Positions 9,383 to 19,438 of a stretch of 64,000 bases of DNA are shown here, one piece after another; the first letter of the stretch is position 1; the number at the start of each line of letters is the position of its first letter. The DNA is taken from IMG/VR virus record IMGVR_UViG_3300008259_002957. One strand, given 5' to 3'. This stretch comes from a virus (Duplodnaviria > Caudoviricetes). The position numbers and the translations under genes are program-made. The notes beneath the pieces are model-generated. The model ran no database searches. It was not told where the DNA came from and saw nothing but the letters and a program-made list of their open reading frames with translations.

Positions 9383-9966
9383 TCGTCTAGTGCTGTTCTT
9401 GCTTCGGGCCACCAATGTTCGTCCATCTGACGATAAAATTCATCAACATTCATACGCCAAAAACTTTGAATAGCACCTCTGTATTCTAAGTCAACGGGTT
9501 CTTCTAATACGCCCGCTTTTTTAAGCCCTGGGCAATACAGTCTATGAACGTACTTTTGTGTTCCTGTATCGTTTTCGTTTGAACTTATGTATAGGTCTTT
9601 GTCTTTGCCTGCCCACTCGACGCACAATGGTAATAGCAACTGTGCTGTTAAATTTTGATGCCGTGCAATAATAGTATTTGCTGTTCTTAAAGTTTTACGT
9701 TGCCCAGTTAAATCGTCAAAGGTACAAGTTCTAGCAGCAATACGATATGCATCACCTAGTACTCCTAGTTCTTCTAAACTGTGTGCAGCAATTGAGCCTA
9801 CAACTTGATCGTTGTAGTAAAGGATCCATACTTGCCAACGGTCCATATGTAACCAAGTGTCAACTAGTTTTTCTTTACTGTCGTTATTATAAAATCCTCT
9901 TTCGCGAGCAAGACTATAATAATCAGTTAAATCTAAATCGTTGTTGTATGTTTGTATATGGAACAT
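9358..9966 (-). CDS. GNAT-like fold protein
   Basis: WQVWILYYNDQVVGSIAAH...YRIAARTC pattern; resembles 49043-49615. Confidence 0.4.
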   Translation of the reverse strand: MFHIQTYNNDLDLTDYYSLARERGFYNNDSKEKLVDTWLHMDRWQVWILYYNDQVVGSIAAHSLEELGVLGDAYRIAARTCTFDDLTGQRKTLRTANTIIARHQNLTAQLLLPLCVEWAGKDKDLYISSNENDTGTQKYVHRLYCPGLKKAGVLEEPVDLEYRGAIQSFWRMNVDEFYRQMDEHWWPEARTALDDYRSKTSL

Positions 9967-10643
9967 GCTTCATCCATTGCATCGGCAGGAAAGTCTGTTT
10001 TAAAACTTTCAAATGCTAACATTTGTATATCAAAAAAAGAAGTAGGTTTGTCTACATCAATACCTAACCTAGTCATTTTTGGTAACAGGTCATTTCTTCT
10101 ATTAATACTAATATGACTCATTACATCTGTCAAACTAATTGTTTTGTCATTTTTGTCATACGCAAAAAAATAATTAATGCTTTTTAGTTTTCCGTCTACA
10201 ACAAAGTAACTGCTTGGGTGCATACTGTATTTGTAAATTCCGAGACTGGCATGTGCTTGAATAATTTCCAACATTTGTTCTTGCCAGTTGGGTAAAACTT
10301 TATCATAATTATTTTGAGAACACTGTGCTTGTTCCCAAAAATCCGTCCCATCTATATCAAAGTATATTTTTTTGTTTATGTGATCTACAGTGTCGATTGT
10401 TGGAACATGCTGGGGATAATGTCTGGCCATAATAGTTAAAAATTTAATTTCTCTGTGCCACTTTTCTTCCATTAACCGTGGATCAACAACTTCATTGTGT
10501 CCGCTGTGATAATTCTCGTCGTTGTAATACCATTGACAAAAAGTTTTGCGATCTTTTGAAATTAGGCTAGTGTATATAAGATTGTTTCTGCACAATCCTT
10601 TTCCTGGTACATTATTATAATAGTACTCAAACTGTGTATTCAT
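9933..10643 (-). CDS. Kinase-like fold protein (remote)
   Basis: REIKFL...HVPTIDTVD, YKYSMHPSSYFVVDGKLKSINYF; paralog of 5470-6156. Confidence 0.4.
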   Translation of the reverse strand: MNTQFEYYYNNVPGKGLCRNNLIYTSLISKDRKTFCQWYYNDENYHSGHNEVVDPRLMEEKWHREIKFLTIMARHYPQHVPTIDTVDHINKKIYFDIDGTDFWEQAQCSQNNYDKVLPNWQEQMLEIIQAHASLGIYKYSMHPSSYFVVDGKLKSINYFFAYDKNDKTISLTDVMSHISINRRNDLLPKMTRLGIDVDKPTSFFDIQMLAFESFKTDFPADAMDEACSIYKHTTTI

Positions 10644-10648
10644 AACAA

Positions 10649-10664
10649 TAATTAGCGATAAGTA
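10649..10664. promoter_or_regulatory. Back-to-back variant late-type boxes
   Basis: CTAATTA (-) 5 nt before ATG 10643; ATAAGTA (+) 5 nt before ATG 10670. Confidence 0.45.
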
Positions 10665-10669
10665 TGTTT

Positions 10670-11485
10670 ATGATTAGAGGAATTGGCACAAAACCGTATA
10701 TCGACTTGGATCCTTACTTGGATATAGAAGGATTTAAAAATCTGCATCCAGAAATTGCCAAGGGTTTTGCACTAGCAAGAGACTATGCAAAAGAAGGCAC
10801 ATGGATGACTCCTGGGTTTGATTGGAAAGATGCAAGTTATATTGTCAACTGGAAACCAATTTATAGTGCAGTTGAAGAATATCTAGCACTACCAGAAACA
10901 CATCCTATACGTGTCACAGGCGATCCTATGTATTTTACAGATTTAAAAGATTTTAGAAATCGCAACATTTTTACACGTTACTTAAAAACCACAATGGGTG
11001 CAAATGACCCTTACACTTATTATTTTTTATGGGATCAGGGTGATTGGAATGAACGCAATGCTGAACGCCAAAAAACTGTAGAGTCGAAGTACTTTCCGGG
11101 TGTTGTTAAATGGGTGGAAGAATTACAGCACACAGGAATCATCGACAGAATCGGAAGAGTAATATTTTTTCATTGCGATCACAACGGCAGAGCATTTGAG
11201 CATAGAGACTTGGACGCACGTAACGGTGTGTTAGGCGATCATCAATATACTCCACACAACAATGAATTTATTCACATTCGTTATAGAACAAAGCGTGGAT
11301 TCTATATTTGGGATCCGGATACAGAAAACAAATATTATATAAACGCTAATGCTGCATTTTGGAATGATCAAGACTGGCACGGCGGAGAAGAAAGCAAAGA
11401 AATTGAGTATGGAATGAGAATTGACTGTAAGTTTAGCAATTCATTTCGCGAACAATTGGGTATTGATCATTTGGAGCACTATTGA
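10670..11485 (+). CDS. Fe(II)/2OG oxygenase-like cupin
   Basis: AFEHRD ... NDQDWHGG ... MRIDC. Start chosen at second ATG (track 10664) from promoter spacing. Confidence 0.65.
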   Translation: MIRGIGTKPYIDLDPYLDIEGFKNLHPEIAKGFALARDYAKEGTWMTPGFDWKDASYIVNWKPIYSAVEEYLALPETHPIRVTGDPMYFTDLKDFRNRNIFTRYLKTTMGANDPYTYYFLWDQGDWNERNAERQKTVESKYFPGVVKWVEELQHTGIIDRIGRVIFFHCDHNGRAFEHRDLDARNGVLGDHQYTPHNNEFIHIRYRTKRGFYIWDPDTENKYYINANAAFWNDQDWHGGEESKEIEYGMRIDCKFSNSFREQLGIDHLEHY

Positions 11486-11976
11486 TTTATCGAGGTAATT
11501 TTGCAAACTGGATCAATCCTACGTGGAGAGAACTTGTCCTAAACACAGTAGGACAAGCAAGACCCAGAGATTGGCCTCCGGAAACTGCCGTTGAAAGTGC
11601 TGAATATTGCAAGGCTCGAGATGCAGGATACGATTTAACAGCAACGCACTGGTGGGTATACGAAGAACACGATTTAAATATTAAAATAAGTCCGCCTTGG
11701 TGTACTGGAAAAACTGAATGGTGGATCACAAAGTTAATGCCTGGTCAATTTATGCCGATGCACACAGACCCATTTACACATTATGAAACTTGTAAACGAT
11801 ATTGGGTGCCATTACAAGACTATCAACCCGGGCATTTGTTTGTATACGGAAATTTAGTATTAACAAAGTATTCTGCTGGCGACGTATATGAATACATTAA
11901 CAGTCAAGATATTCATGGCGCCGCCAATATAGGACATATGCCAAGAGTAGTGTTGCAGGTCACTGAATATGAGTAA
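11482..11976 (+). CDS. Fe(II)/2OG oxygenase-like cupin
   Basis: MPMHTDP ... DIHGAAN ... RVVLQVT. Confidence 0.72.
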   Translation: MIYRGNFANWINPTWRELVLNTVGQARPRDWPPETAVESAEYCKARDAGYDLTATHWWVYEEHDLNIKISPPWCTGKTEWWITKLMPGQFMPMHTDPFTHYETCKRYWVPLQDYQPGHLFVYGNLVLTKYSAGDVYEYINSQDIHGAANIGHMPRVVLQVTEYE

Positions 11977-13117
11977 AACATATTGTCCGTTGCCATGGGT
12001 ACACTCGAGTTGGCAAAATGGAAATACTATACTTCCTTGTTGTGGATTTATGGACGGCGGAAGGTTCAATAAAACATCCGTATTTGAAAAATTGTATTTT
12101 GACAACGAAATGGATCAACTTCGGGCAGATATGCTTGCTGGTAAAACTATCAAAGGTTGCGAACAATGCTATGATCAAGAAAACAACAATTTAGATAGTA
12201 TGCGTACTAGAGCGTTAGACAAATACGGAATTGTAACAACAATAGATTTACAAGATTTGCATATTATGTTTGATAATCTATGCAATTTAAAATGTAGAAT
12301 GTGTGCAAGTTCAAACAGTCATTTATGGCACGTAGAAGAAAAAGAGTTATACGGAGAGGCATTTTCTTCTAGCAAATATTTTCAAAATACATTTTATAAA
12401 GAAGTAAATTTAAAAAACATTAAAGAAATTAATCTTACAGGCGGGGAACCACTTTATAGTCCTCATTTTATTCCTTTCTTAAAAAAATTAAAAGAAGATG
12501 CAGATACAAGCCAAATTTATATTGATTTTTTTACTAATGGAACAATACAGCCCACTGAAGAAATTCTTAGTATATTAAAAGAGTTTAAAAAAGTAACAAT
12601 TACTATTAGCATAGATGCAATAGGAAAATTAAACGACTTTATTAGAAAAAACAGTAATTTTGATGAAATAAAAAATAATTTAGATTTTTATTATAGATTA
12701 TTGTCAGATAAAATTTCAGTAAATGTTTTGACTACAGTTGGAATTTACAATGCTATCTATGTCGAAGATATTAAAAACTATTTTAGTTTAAATTATCCAA
12801 AGTTTAATTGGGGTTACGATGTAATACAGTATCCAGAATATTTAAGTATAAGACACATGCCAACTAACTTAAAAGATATCTACAAAGAGTATATCAAGGA
12901 AGAACCGTTGATATCTTATATGTACGACAGTGGCAAAGATTTATTTAAACATTTTTTATATTCTCATTATAAACTTAATAAAATAAGAAATGAAGATTTT
13001 ACTGAGAACAACATTTTGTTAAATTATATTAAAAATAATAATACTGACATTTACGAAGAAGAAACCAAAAAGTATTACAAAAATATGATTAACGAAATTC
13101 GTGGATCAAGAGATTAA
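11969..13117 (+). CDS. Radical SAM enzyme, subfamily A
   Basis: YCPLPW...LPCC...CEQC; FDNLCNLKCRMC; LTGGEPL; FTNGT; SIDA. Confidence 0.92.
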   Translation: MSKTYCPLPWVHSSWQNGNTILPCCGFMDGGRFNKTSVFEKLYFDNEMDQLRADMLAGKTIKGCEQCYDQENNNLDSMRTRALDKYGIVTTIDLQDLHIMFDNLCNLKCRMCASSNSHLWHVEEKELYGEAFSSSKYFQNTFYKEVNLKNIKEINLTGGEPLYSPHFIPFLKKLKEDADTSQIYIDFFTNGTIQPTEEILSILKEFKKVTITISIDAIGKLNDFIRKNSNFDEIKNNLDFYYRLLSDKISVNVLTTVGIYNAIYVEDIKNYFSLNYPKFNWGYDVIQYPEYLSIRHMPTNLKDIYKEYIKEEPLISYMYDSGKDLFKHFLYSHYKLNKIRNEDFTENNILLNYIKNNNTDIYEEETKKYYKNMINEIRGSRD

Positions 13118-14094
13118 TTTGTATATTTTTTTAAAACATATTCTGGTGTTTTTAAAAAACTAGTGTCTTTGTCAGAACACATGTCGCATTCTCCTATTTC
13201 GCAGTATTTTGTTTCATCAAAAAAATCAATTTCGTCGTTGTTATAATTTTCTAAATTTATAGGTTTATAATTTAAATATTTTTGCCAATCTGGGTCGTTT
13301 AATAAATTATGATGATTTAAAAATCTATTTAATGTACCCAAAGAAGAACACTTGTATAATTTTTTATCAATCAAAAAACTACACATATCACTGGTGCAGC
13401 CGTTTTGATAAGATTCGGCAGGATTGTTTGTTTTAAAGGGTTTAGGAATATTATCAATTAATTGATAATTTTGTTTAAATGTGCTTTGCTCTCTGTAATG
13501 AACAAACGTTTTATTATAAAATACCTGTTCAGTATCTTCAATGTAATCATAAAAGTTTTGTCTTTTGTCTAACCACTCTTGATACAAGATATCGTTTTTT
13601 TTATTTTCTATATCGAATAGATTTTTATAAAAATCGGACACATTTCCACTGGGCAAATTCACAGCATCTGCTAAAAGTTTAAAATTTTGTTTAACTTTAT
13701 TTGAAAGTGTTTTATCTTCAAATCCTGAAAAATGGTCACATACAAAAACACTAACATCAAACTGTTTTATTAACGCAACTAGTTCATTGAGTTTTTTATC
13801 AATAAGTGTTCCATTGGTTGGTAGTAAAAGTACAGCATCTGGATCTATGCTTTTTATAAATTTAAATATTTCTGTAATTCGATCTAAATACAGTAACGGT
13901 TCACCACCTGAAGTACCATAATAGATTATATCAAATTTTTCTTTGACTAATTTAATGCCTGTTAATATGTCATCCAATGTTGGATCATAGTTTTTTGTTT
14001 GCAACACATGGCTTCTTGCATCACAATGATTGCAGGCTAAGTTACAATAAGCACCGCAGTAAATATCTAAAAATCTCAGGTATGGTTGACTCAT
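13114..14094 (-). CDS. Radical SAM enzyme (singleton type)
   Basis: YCGAYCNLACNHC, TSGGEPL, PTNGT, C-terminal CECDMC-like Cys cluster (CEIGECDMC). Start ATG 14094 (track GTG 14115). Confidence 0.88.
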   Translation of the reverse strand: MSQPYLRFLDIYCGAYCNLACNHCDARSHVLQTKNYDPTLDDILTGIKLVKEKFDIIYYGTSGGEPLLYLDRITEIFKFIKSIDPDAVLLLPTNGTLIDKKLNELVALIKQFDVSVFVCDHFSGFEDKTLSNKVKQNFKLLADAVNLPSGNVSDFYKNLFDIENKKNDILYQEWLDKRQNFYDYIEDTEQVFYNKTFVHYREQSTFKQNYQLIDNIPKPFKTNNPAESYQNGCTSDMCSFLIDKKLYKCSSLGTLNRFLNHHNLLNDPDWQKYLNYKPINLENYNNDEIDFFDETKYCEIGECDMCSDKDTSFLKTPEYVLKKYTN

Positions 14095-14099
14095 TGTAA

Positions 14100-14149
14100 T
14101 ATTTAGTAGTATCACAATTGAGTAACTATGTTTTTGTTTGCAGTAAATA
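14100..14149. promoter_or_regulatory. Divergent late-type promoter boxes
   Basis: CTAAATA (-, 14100-14106) 5 nt before ATG 14094; GTAAATA (+, 14143-14149) followed by AGGAG and ATG 14176. Confidence 0.6.
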
Positions 14150-14175
14150 TTAGAAATAATACCACAGGAGATAAA

Positions 14176-15246
14176 ATGAAAGTATCAAAAATTCCCGGTT
14201 TAGGTTCATATGGACATTATATTGACGACTTAGACTTTGATAATATCACAGATGAAGAATGGGCAGAAATTGGAAAATTTCATTTAACTGATTTAGTAAC
14301 TATTCTAAGAAACGTTAAAATTACTAAAGATCAGTACTATAACAGAATTCGGCAATGGGGTCCTTTTATCGGTGCAACAATGTCTCGCAAGCACTTTCAA
14401 AAAAAATACGGTCAAGATTTTGATGGTAGAATTCAAGAACATTACAAAAAATTTAATGTATCATCAGAAGACGAACGTTATATTAAAATGAAACAGTTTT
14501 ATATTGAACATACTGAACATGGTAATACATTAACACGAGTTTGTGGCAAAAGAGATGAATACGGTAACCCAATGGGCAACTTTTCATCTGGCGAGTTATA
14601 TTGGCACAGTAACGAATCGTCTGTAATTAACTTTACTCCCGGAGTTGCATTGATGGGCGGAGAGTATATGGTAGGTAGTTCTACAGGATTTCTACAAACT
14701 GCTGATTATTATCAGTCAATCTCTGAAAGTTTTAGAAGCGAACTTAACGAAATGATTTTAGTTCACGCATACATTCCTGGAGGGATTAATGAACTCGAAA
14801 AAGATGATCCAAGTTTTGGAGAAAACATAAGAAAAGAATTTGCACCAGTTGACGGGGCTGAAGTACCCTTGGTAATTACAAGTCCGGGCGGAATCAAAGG
14901 ACTGCATTATACACTTAATTCTGTTGTTGGAATTAAAGGTATGAGTAAATATGATAGCGATAAAGTTTTTGCAGAAATTGACCGAGAATTGTTAACTGAA
15001 AAATATATTTACGATCACATGTACTTACAAGACAATGAGATTTGTTTATTTGATAATTCGATAACATTACATAGAAGAAAGCATCCTGGAAATCCGAACA
15101 GACTTGCATTTAGATTGCAATATTATCCTGATAGTTTAATAAAACAATCGTGGCATCCATATCATCAACAGCATTTTTACAACTATCATCAAGATGAAAT
15201 GCTAGAGTTGATGAATATCCTAGAGTTAGATTTAAAATTTCCATAA
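14176..15246 (+). CDS. TauD/TfdA-family dioxygenase
   Basis: LYWHSNES ... LFDNSITLHRR; AGGAG SD before ATG 14176 (track 14128). Confidence 0.8.
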   Translation: MKVSKIPGLGSYGHYIDDLDFDNITDEEWAEIGKFHLTDLVTILRNVKITKDQYYNRIRQWGPFIGATMSRKHFQKKYGQDFDGRIQEHYKKFNVSSEDERYIKMKQFYIEHTEHGNTLTRVCGKRDEYGNPMGNFSSGELYWHSNESSVINFTPGVALMGGEYMVGSSTGFLQTADYYQSISESFRSELNEMILVHAYIPGGINELEKDDPSFGENIRKEFAPVDGAEVPLVITSPGGIKGLHYTLNSVVGIKGMSKYDSDKVFAEIDRELLTEKYIYDHMYLQDNEICLFDNSITLHRRKHPGNPNRLAFRLQYYPDSLIKQSWHPYHQQHFYNYHQDEMLELMNILELDLKFP

Positions 15247-15253
15247 TTTTAAA

Positions 15254-16396
15254 ATGTCTGATATAAAAACAAAGTTAATCAACATCGAATGGTTATTTGT
15301 TGATCAAGATCATTACGATTTGATAATGATCGAAATTGATCAAGCAGTGCGAGAAAAATGCAACGTAATTATTTTTCTTGCACTGATGGACGGATTTGTG
15401 GCGTGGGATCCTAAATATTGGATCCCACTGATTGACAAACTCGACAATGCTTGTAAAAAATTAGGTATACAAGAGATAATTTTTATATCTGGTGCTGGAA
15501 AAACATATGAGTATGGTTTAAAACACACACACTACTTTTATGACTGGAATATGAGTGTTGTAAAAAATGCATACAAAGATTATGATAATCAAATCAAAGA
15601 TTATAATAACGATGCTGACAAGTTTTTATTTTTAACAGGTCGTTCTGCTCGTCCAAATCGTATTGGACTAATGAGTAAATTTTACGACGAAAATATGTTA
15701 AAAAATAGCACTTGGTCATTTTTTCCTCCTTGGAACGAAATAGATAACAAATGGTGCCGAAACTATTTGTCAAAATATACAGATAAAGAATATAACGAGT
15801 TTTTAAAAAACTGTAATAGATCTTTAGATAGCGATAACGAATACAACTCTTGTAAAAGTTTTTTAGGAGTTTACGAAGGCGACAACTGGCACGATATTGT
15901 AAAAGAACCCTACATACACAATCCGTCATTTATAGATTTGCATCACTATAACGATGTAAAGTTAACAGTAATAAGTGAAGGGCCGATATACTGGGAATGG
16001 AGTAACGACCGGTATTATCTTACTGATAAAACTTATAGAGAATTATTAATGAAGAAGCCAGTAATTTTATCGGGCTATGTAGAACAATACAAAGAATTGA
16101 AAAATCTAGGATTTAAGACATTTGACGAGAATTTCTTAATCAAAGAGTACGGTTTAATCGAAGATGAAGAACAGCGTCTTGAAGCAATAGTACAAAATGT
16201 AAAATATTTTTTAAACAACAGCGATTATCAAAAAGTCAAACAAGACGTTGACTTTAATACAAAGTTATTGTATTATTATTTTAAAAAGCAAGATGAATTT
16301 TTAAAGTATTTAGAAACAAAGTACAATGCTAGTAAAGAAGAAATTGAGTTTTTCTTTAATCGTAAAGGTCTTGAGCACCTAATAAGAAAACCCTAA
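15254..16396 (+). CDS. Glycosyltransferase-like (GT-B-type phage family) protein
   Basis: FLFLTGRSARPNRI...VISEG...LTDKTY...KKPVIL...LGFKTFD, a pattern typical of phage GT-like proteins. Confidence 0.45.
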   Translation: MSDIKTKLINIEWLFVDQDHYDLIMIEIDQAVREKCNVIIFLALMDGFVAWDPKYWIPLIDKLDNACKKLGIQEIIFISGAGKTYEYGLKHTHYFYDWNMSVVKNAYKDYDNQIKDYNNDADKFLFLTGRSARPNRIGLMSKFYDENMLKNSTWSFFPPWNEIDNKWCRNYLSKYTDKEYNEFLKNCNRSLDSDNEYNSCKSFLGVYEGDNWHDIVKEPYIHNPSFIDLHHYNDVKLTVISEGPIYWEWSNDRYYLTDKTYRELLMKKPVILSGYVEQYKELKNLGFKTFDENFLIKEYGLIEDEEQRLEAIVQNVKYFLNNSDYQKVKQDVDFNTKLLYYYFKKQDEFLKYLETKYNASKEEIEFFFNRKGLEHLIRKP

Positions 16397-17493
16397 TGTT
16401 TTATCAAAAAATTACTCAACTCGAACTTGAACTTACAACAAGATGCAACGCATCTTGTCCTCAGTGTGTACGTAATTTTTACGGTGGAAAAACATGGCCA
16501 ACATTGCCCATGGTCGACATTGACTTGGAATTAATTAAAACAAAAATACCAGATTCAATTTTAAAAGACTTGATAGAAATTCGTATTTGCGGAACTTATG
16601 GTGATCCCTGTATCTATCAAGATTTGATAGAGTTAGTCAAATATTTAAATTCAAAAACTTCTGCACAACTTACTATTAATACAAACGGTAGTTTACGTAC
16701 AACAAAATGGTGGAAAGATCTTGCTAACGTTTTAAAAAAAGATGATAGAGTTATTTTCGGAATAGATGGTTTAGATGACACAAACCATTTGTATAGAGTT
16801 AACACAAACTTTAAAAAAATAATCAATAATGCAAAAGCATTTATATCTGCTGGCGGATCAGCAATATGGAGTTACATTGTTTTTAAACACAACGAACATC
16901 AAGTAGATGCTGCAAGACAATTAAGCAACAAACTCGGATTTGATGGGTTTTCTTGTAAGTTGACAACTAGATTTATCGATAAACAACATAATCTAGTTGA
17001 TAAAACTCCAGTGTTTGACAAAAATAATAATCTTAATAGATATTTAGAAATGCCTGATGAAAAGAAATATCTAAACAATGGCTATAATAACTACGAAAAA
17101 ATTATAAAAGAGTTCGGATCTTATGAAAACTATTTGCAAAAATCTAAAATATTTTGTACTGCACAACACAGTAATTTAATTTATATTTCAGCCGAAGGGT
17201 ACGTTTTGCCTTGCGGATGGCTTGCTGATAGATTTTATGGGTTTGAAACCGAAAAGCACAAAGATAGAAAAAAATTATTTGAGTTGATTGACCTAAACGG
17301 CGGTCTAAACACTATTAGTTTGCATCATTTTTCATTGGACGAAATTGCAAACAGTAAAGTGTTTCACGCTATACAACAAAACTGGATTAGCGAAAATAGA
17401 ATAGAGCGTTGTGCAAATCAATGTAGTAAATACGGTATGCTTAAACAAAATGCTACAAAAGAATTACAACCTTATGTAAAAGGAAATGTATAA
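16396..17493 (+). CDS. Radical SAM enzyme, subfamily C (C-terminal twitch)
   Basis: LTTRCNASCPQCVR, CGTYGDP, NTNGS, GIDG; IFC...VLPCGW...CANQC. Confidence 0.92.
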   Translation: MFYQKITQLELELTTRCNASCPQCVRNFYGGKTWPTLPMVDIDLELIKTKIPDSILKDLIEIRICGTYGDPCIYQDLIELVKYLNSKTSAQLTINTNGSLRTTKWWKDLANVLKKDDRVIFGIDGLDDTNHLYRVNTNFKKIINNAKAFISAGGSAIWSYIVFKHNEHQVDAARQLSNKLGFDGFSCKLTTRFIDKQHNLVDKTPVFDKNNNLNRYLEMPDEKKYLNNGYNNYEKIIKEFGSYENYLQKSKIFCTAQHSNLIYISAEGYVLPCGWLADRFYGFETEKHKDRKKLFELIDLNGGLNTISLHHFSLDEIANSKVFHAIQQNWISENRIERCANQCSKYGMLKQNATKELQPYVKGNV

Positions 17494-18399
17494 ATGCACA
17501 ATATTTTTAAAAATTCTTATGCTATACAAGATCCTGAAATAGTAGACTTTATAAAACACATTGATTTTTCAGAAGCATTATGGGATAATAGTGTTACTAA
17601 AAATTTTTGTAATGCTTACAAAAATTGGATTTTAAGTTCTGCCGACAATAATTTTATAGGTTTAAATAACTTCACATATGCAATTTATAGCAACGGTGCG
17701 TCTCAAGCGTTTGATATGTTTTATATTAAAAATAAAAATAGACGTTTTAGATGTTTTAAGGGCGAATATGTTTATCACAAACTAGCCTGGAGAAATAATT
17801 GGAACGACTGGACATTTATAGAGGATTCACCTTTAGAATTTAATGATGCAGTAGTAATTAGTTTACCGTTTAGTGACACCGGAAACAAGCATGTTGAGAT
17901 GGACAGTGTTTTAGAGATATGCGATCGATTACAGATTCCAGTGTTAATTGATTGTATATATTTTGGAATTTGTAATAATATAAATTTTGATTTATCTTTT
18001 AATTGTATTACTGATGTTGTTTTTAGTTTAAGTAAAACATTTCCTGTTGCAAATGCAAGAATTGGAATAAGATTTACAAAAACAGATGACGACGACCTTA
18101 TGTTTGTATATGATAAGATGAATTACAATAACAGACTTGGTTCTCACTTAGGATTAAATCTTTTACAAAACTTTTCACCAGATTTTGTATACAATAAATA
18201 TAAAAGTAAACAACTCGAGTGTTGTAGTGTTTTAAATATTACGCCAAGTAATACAGTTTTATTTGGCGTAGACAACTTTAAAAAATACAATCAATATAAC
18301 AGAGGCACTAATACCAATAGACTAAGTCTTCAAGACTTGCTAATTTTAAACAATTTACAAATGAAAGAGATATTATATGCCAATTCAAACAAACAATGA
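17494..18399 (+). CDS. PLP-dependent fold-type I enzyme (aminotransferase-like)
   Basis: VLIDCIYFG (PLP Asp) and FSLSKTFPVANARIG (PLP Lys). Confidence 0.65.
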   Translation: MHNIFKNSYAIQDPEIVDFIKHIDFSEALWDNSVTKNFCNAYKNWILSSADNNFIGLNNFTYAIYSNGASQAFDMFYIKNKNRRFRCFKGEYVYHKLAWRNNWNDWTFIEDSPLEFNDAVVISLPFSDTGNKHVEMDSVLEICDRLQIPVLIDCIYFGICNNINFDLSFNCITDVVFSLSKTFPVANARIGIRFTKTDDDDLMFVYDKMNYNNRLGSHLGLNLLQNFSPDFVYNKYKSKQLECCSVLNITPSNTVLFGVDNFKKYNQYNRGTNTNRLSLQDLLILNNLQMKEILYANSNKQ

Positions 18400-19438
18400 T
18401 TGGGATCCTTTAGAAGAGATTGTAGTTGGTATAGCCGATCATGCAATGCTTCCAACTCTTGATAAAAGTACTCATAGTTTTTCTTATGCAGCAAACACAT
18501 ATGACGAAATTAAACATCTTAACGGAATTTTACACAATCAACAAGTCATTGACGAAGCAAATGAAGACTTAGATGGATTGTCAGATACTTTAAAAAGTTT
18601 AGGTGTTAATGTATTAAGACCTGATGTAATTGATCATAGACAAAAATTTAGTACGCCCGATTGGGAAACTACAGGGTGGCATACTTATTGTCCCAGAGAC
18701 TTGTTGTTACCTTTGGACAACATGATTATCGAGTGTCCTAGTCCTATGCGGTCTCGATACTTTGAAACTCGTGCATATTACAATCATTTATATAAATGGA
18801 TGAAGGAAGGTTCGCAATGGATCTGTGCTCCAAAGCCGATACTATTAGATGAAAGTTATCAACTAGATGATATAAAAGAAGCAACCTTACTAAATCACGA
18901 AATTGTATTTGATGCACCAAATATCGTTAGATTAGGAAGAGATTTACTTTGCCAAGTAAGCAACAGTGGAAATCAACTTGGGTTTGAATGGCTAAAAACT
19001 ATTCTCGAACCAAAAGGATACAGATTTCATATTGCAGAAAAGTATTATAGTTTTTCGCATTTTGACAGCACAGTAATTCCTCTTCGTCCTGGATTGGTTT
19101 TGTTCAACGGTGACAGATTAAATGAAGACTGGTACCCGCCTATTTTTAAAAGTTGGGATAAGATTTTTTGGCCTGGCGAAAAAATTGGTAAAATACCTAC
19201 AAATTTATCAAACGGTATCTCACCGTGCTCACCTTATATTGGACTAAACTTGTTAAGTGTAAATCCTGAACTCATTATTGTAGATGAAAATCAACAAGAA
19301 CTGATGAAAGAATTAGACAAAACATGGGGAATTGAAAGTATTGGTTTGCCAATGAGACAAGCAAGAACATTAAGCGGTGGCTTTCATTGTGTTACATTAG
19401 ATACAAAACGTAAAGGAACACTAGAGGACTATTTTTAA
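18377..19438 (+). CDS. Amidinotransferase (AGAT/StrB1 family)
   Basis: NDWDPLEEIVVG, CPRDLL, FDAPN, HFDST, GGFHCVT (Asp/His/Cys catalytic set). Confidence 0.9.
   Translation: MPIQTNNDWDPLEEIVVGIADHAMLPTLDKSTHSFSYAANTYDEIKHLNGILHNQQVIDEANEDLDGLSDTLKSLGVNVLRPDVIDHRQKFSTPDWETTGWHTYCPRDLLLPLDNMIIECPSPMRSRYFETRAYYNHLYKWMKEGSQWICAPKPILLDESYQLDDIKEATLLNHEIVFDAPNIVRLGRDLLCQVSNSGNQLGFEWLKTILEPKGYRFHIAEKYYSFSHFDSTVIPLRPGLVLFNGDRLNEDWYPPIFKSWDKIFWPGEKIGKIPTNLSNGISPCSPYIGLNLLSVNPELIIVDENQQELMKELDKTWGIESIGLPMRQARTLSGGFHCVTLDTKRKGTLEDYF

Noticed and set aside
18377-19438. Amidinotransferase as archaeosine (dG+) synthase
   Set aside because: It is AGAT/StrB1 fold, not the ArcS, QueF-L or GAT-QueC types known for that step.
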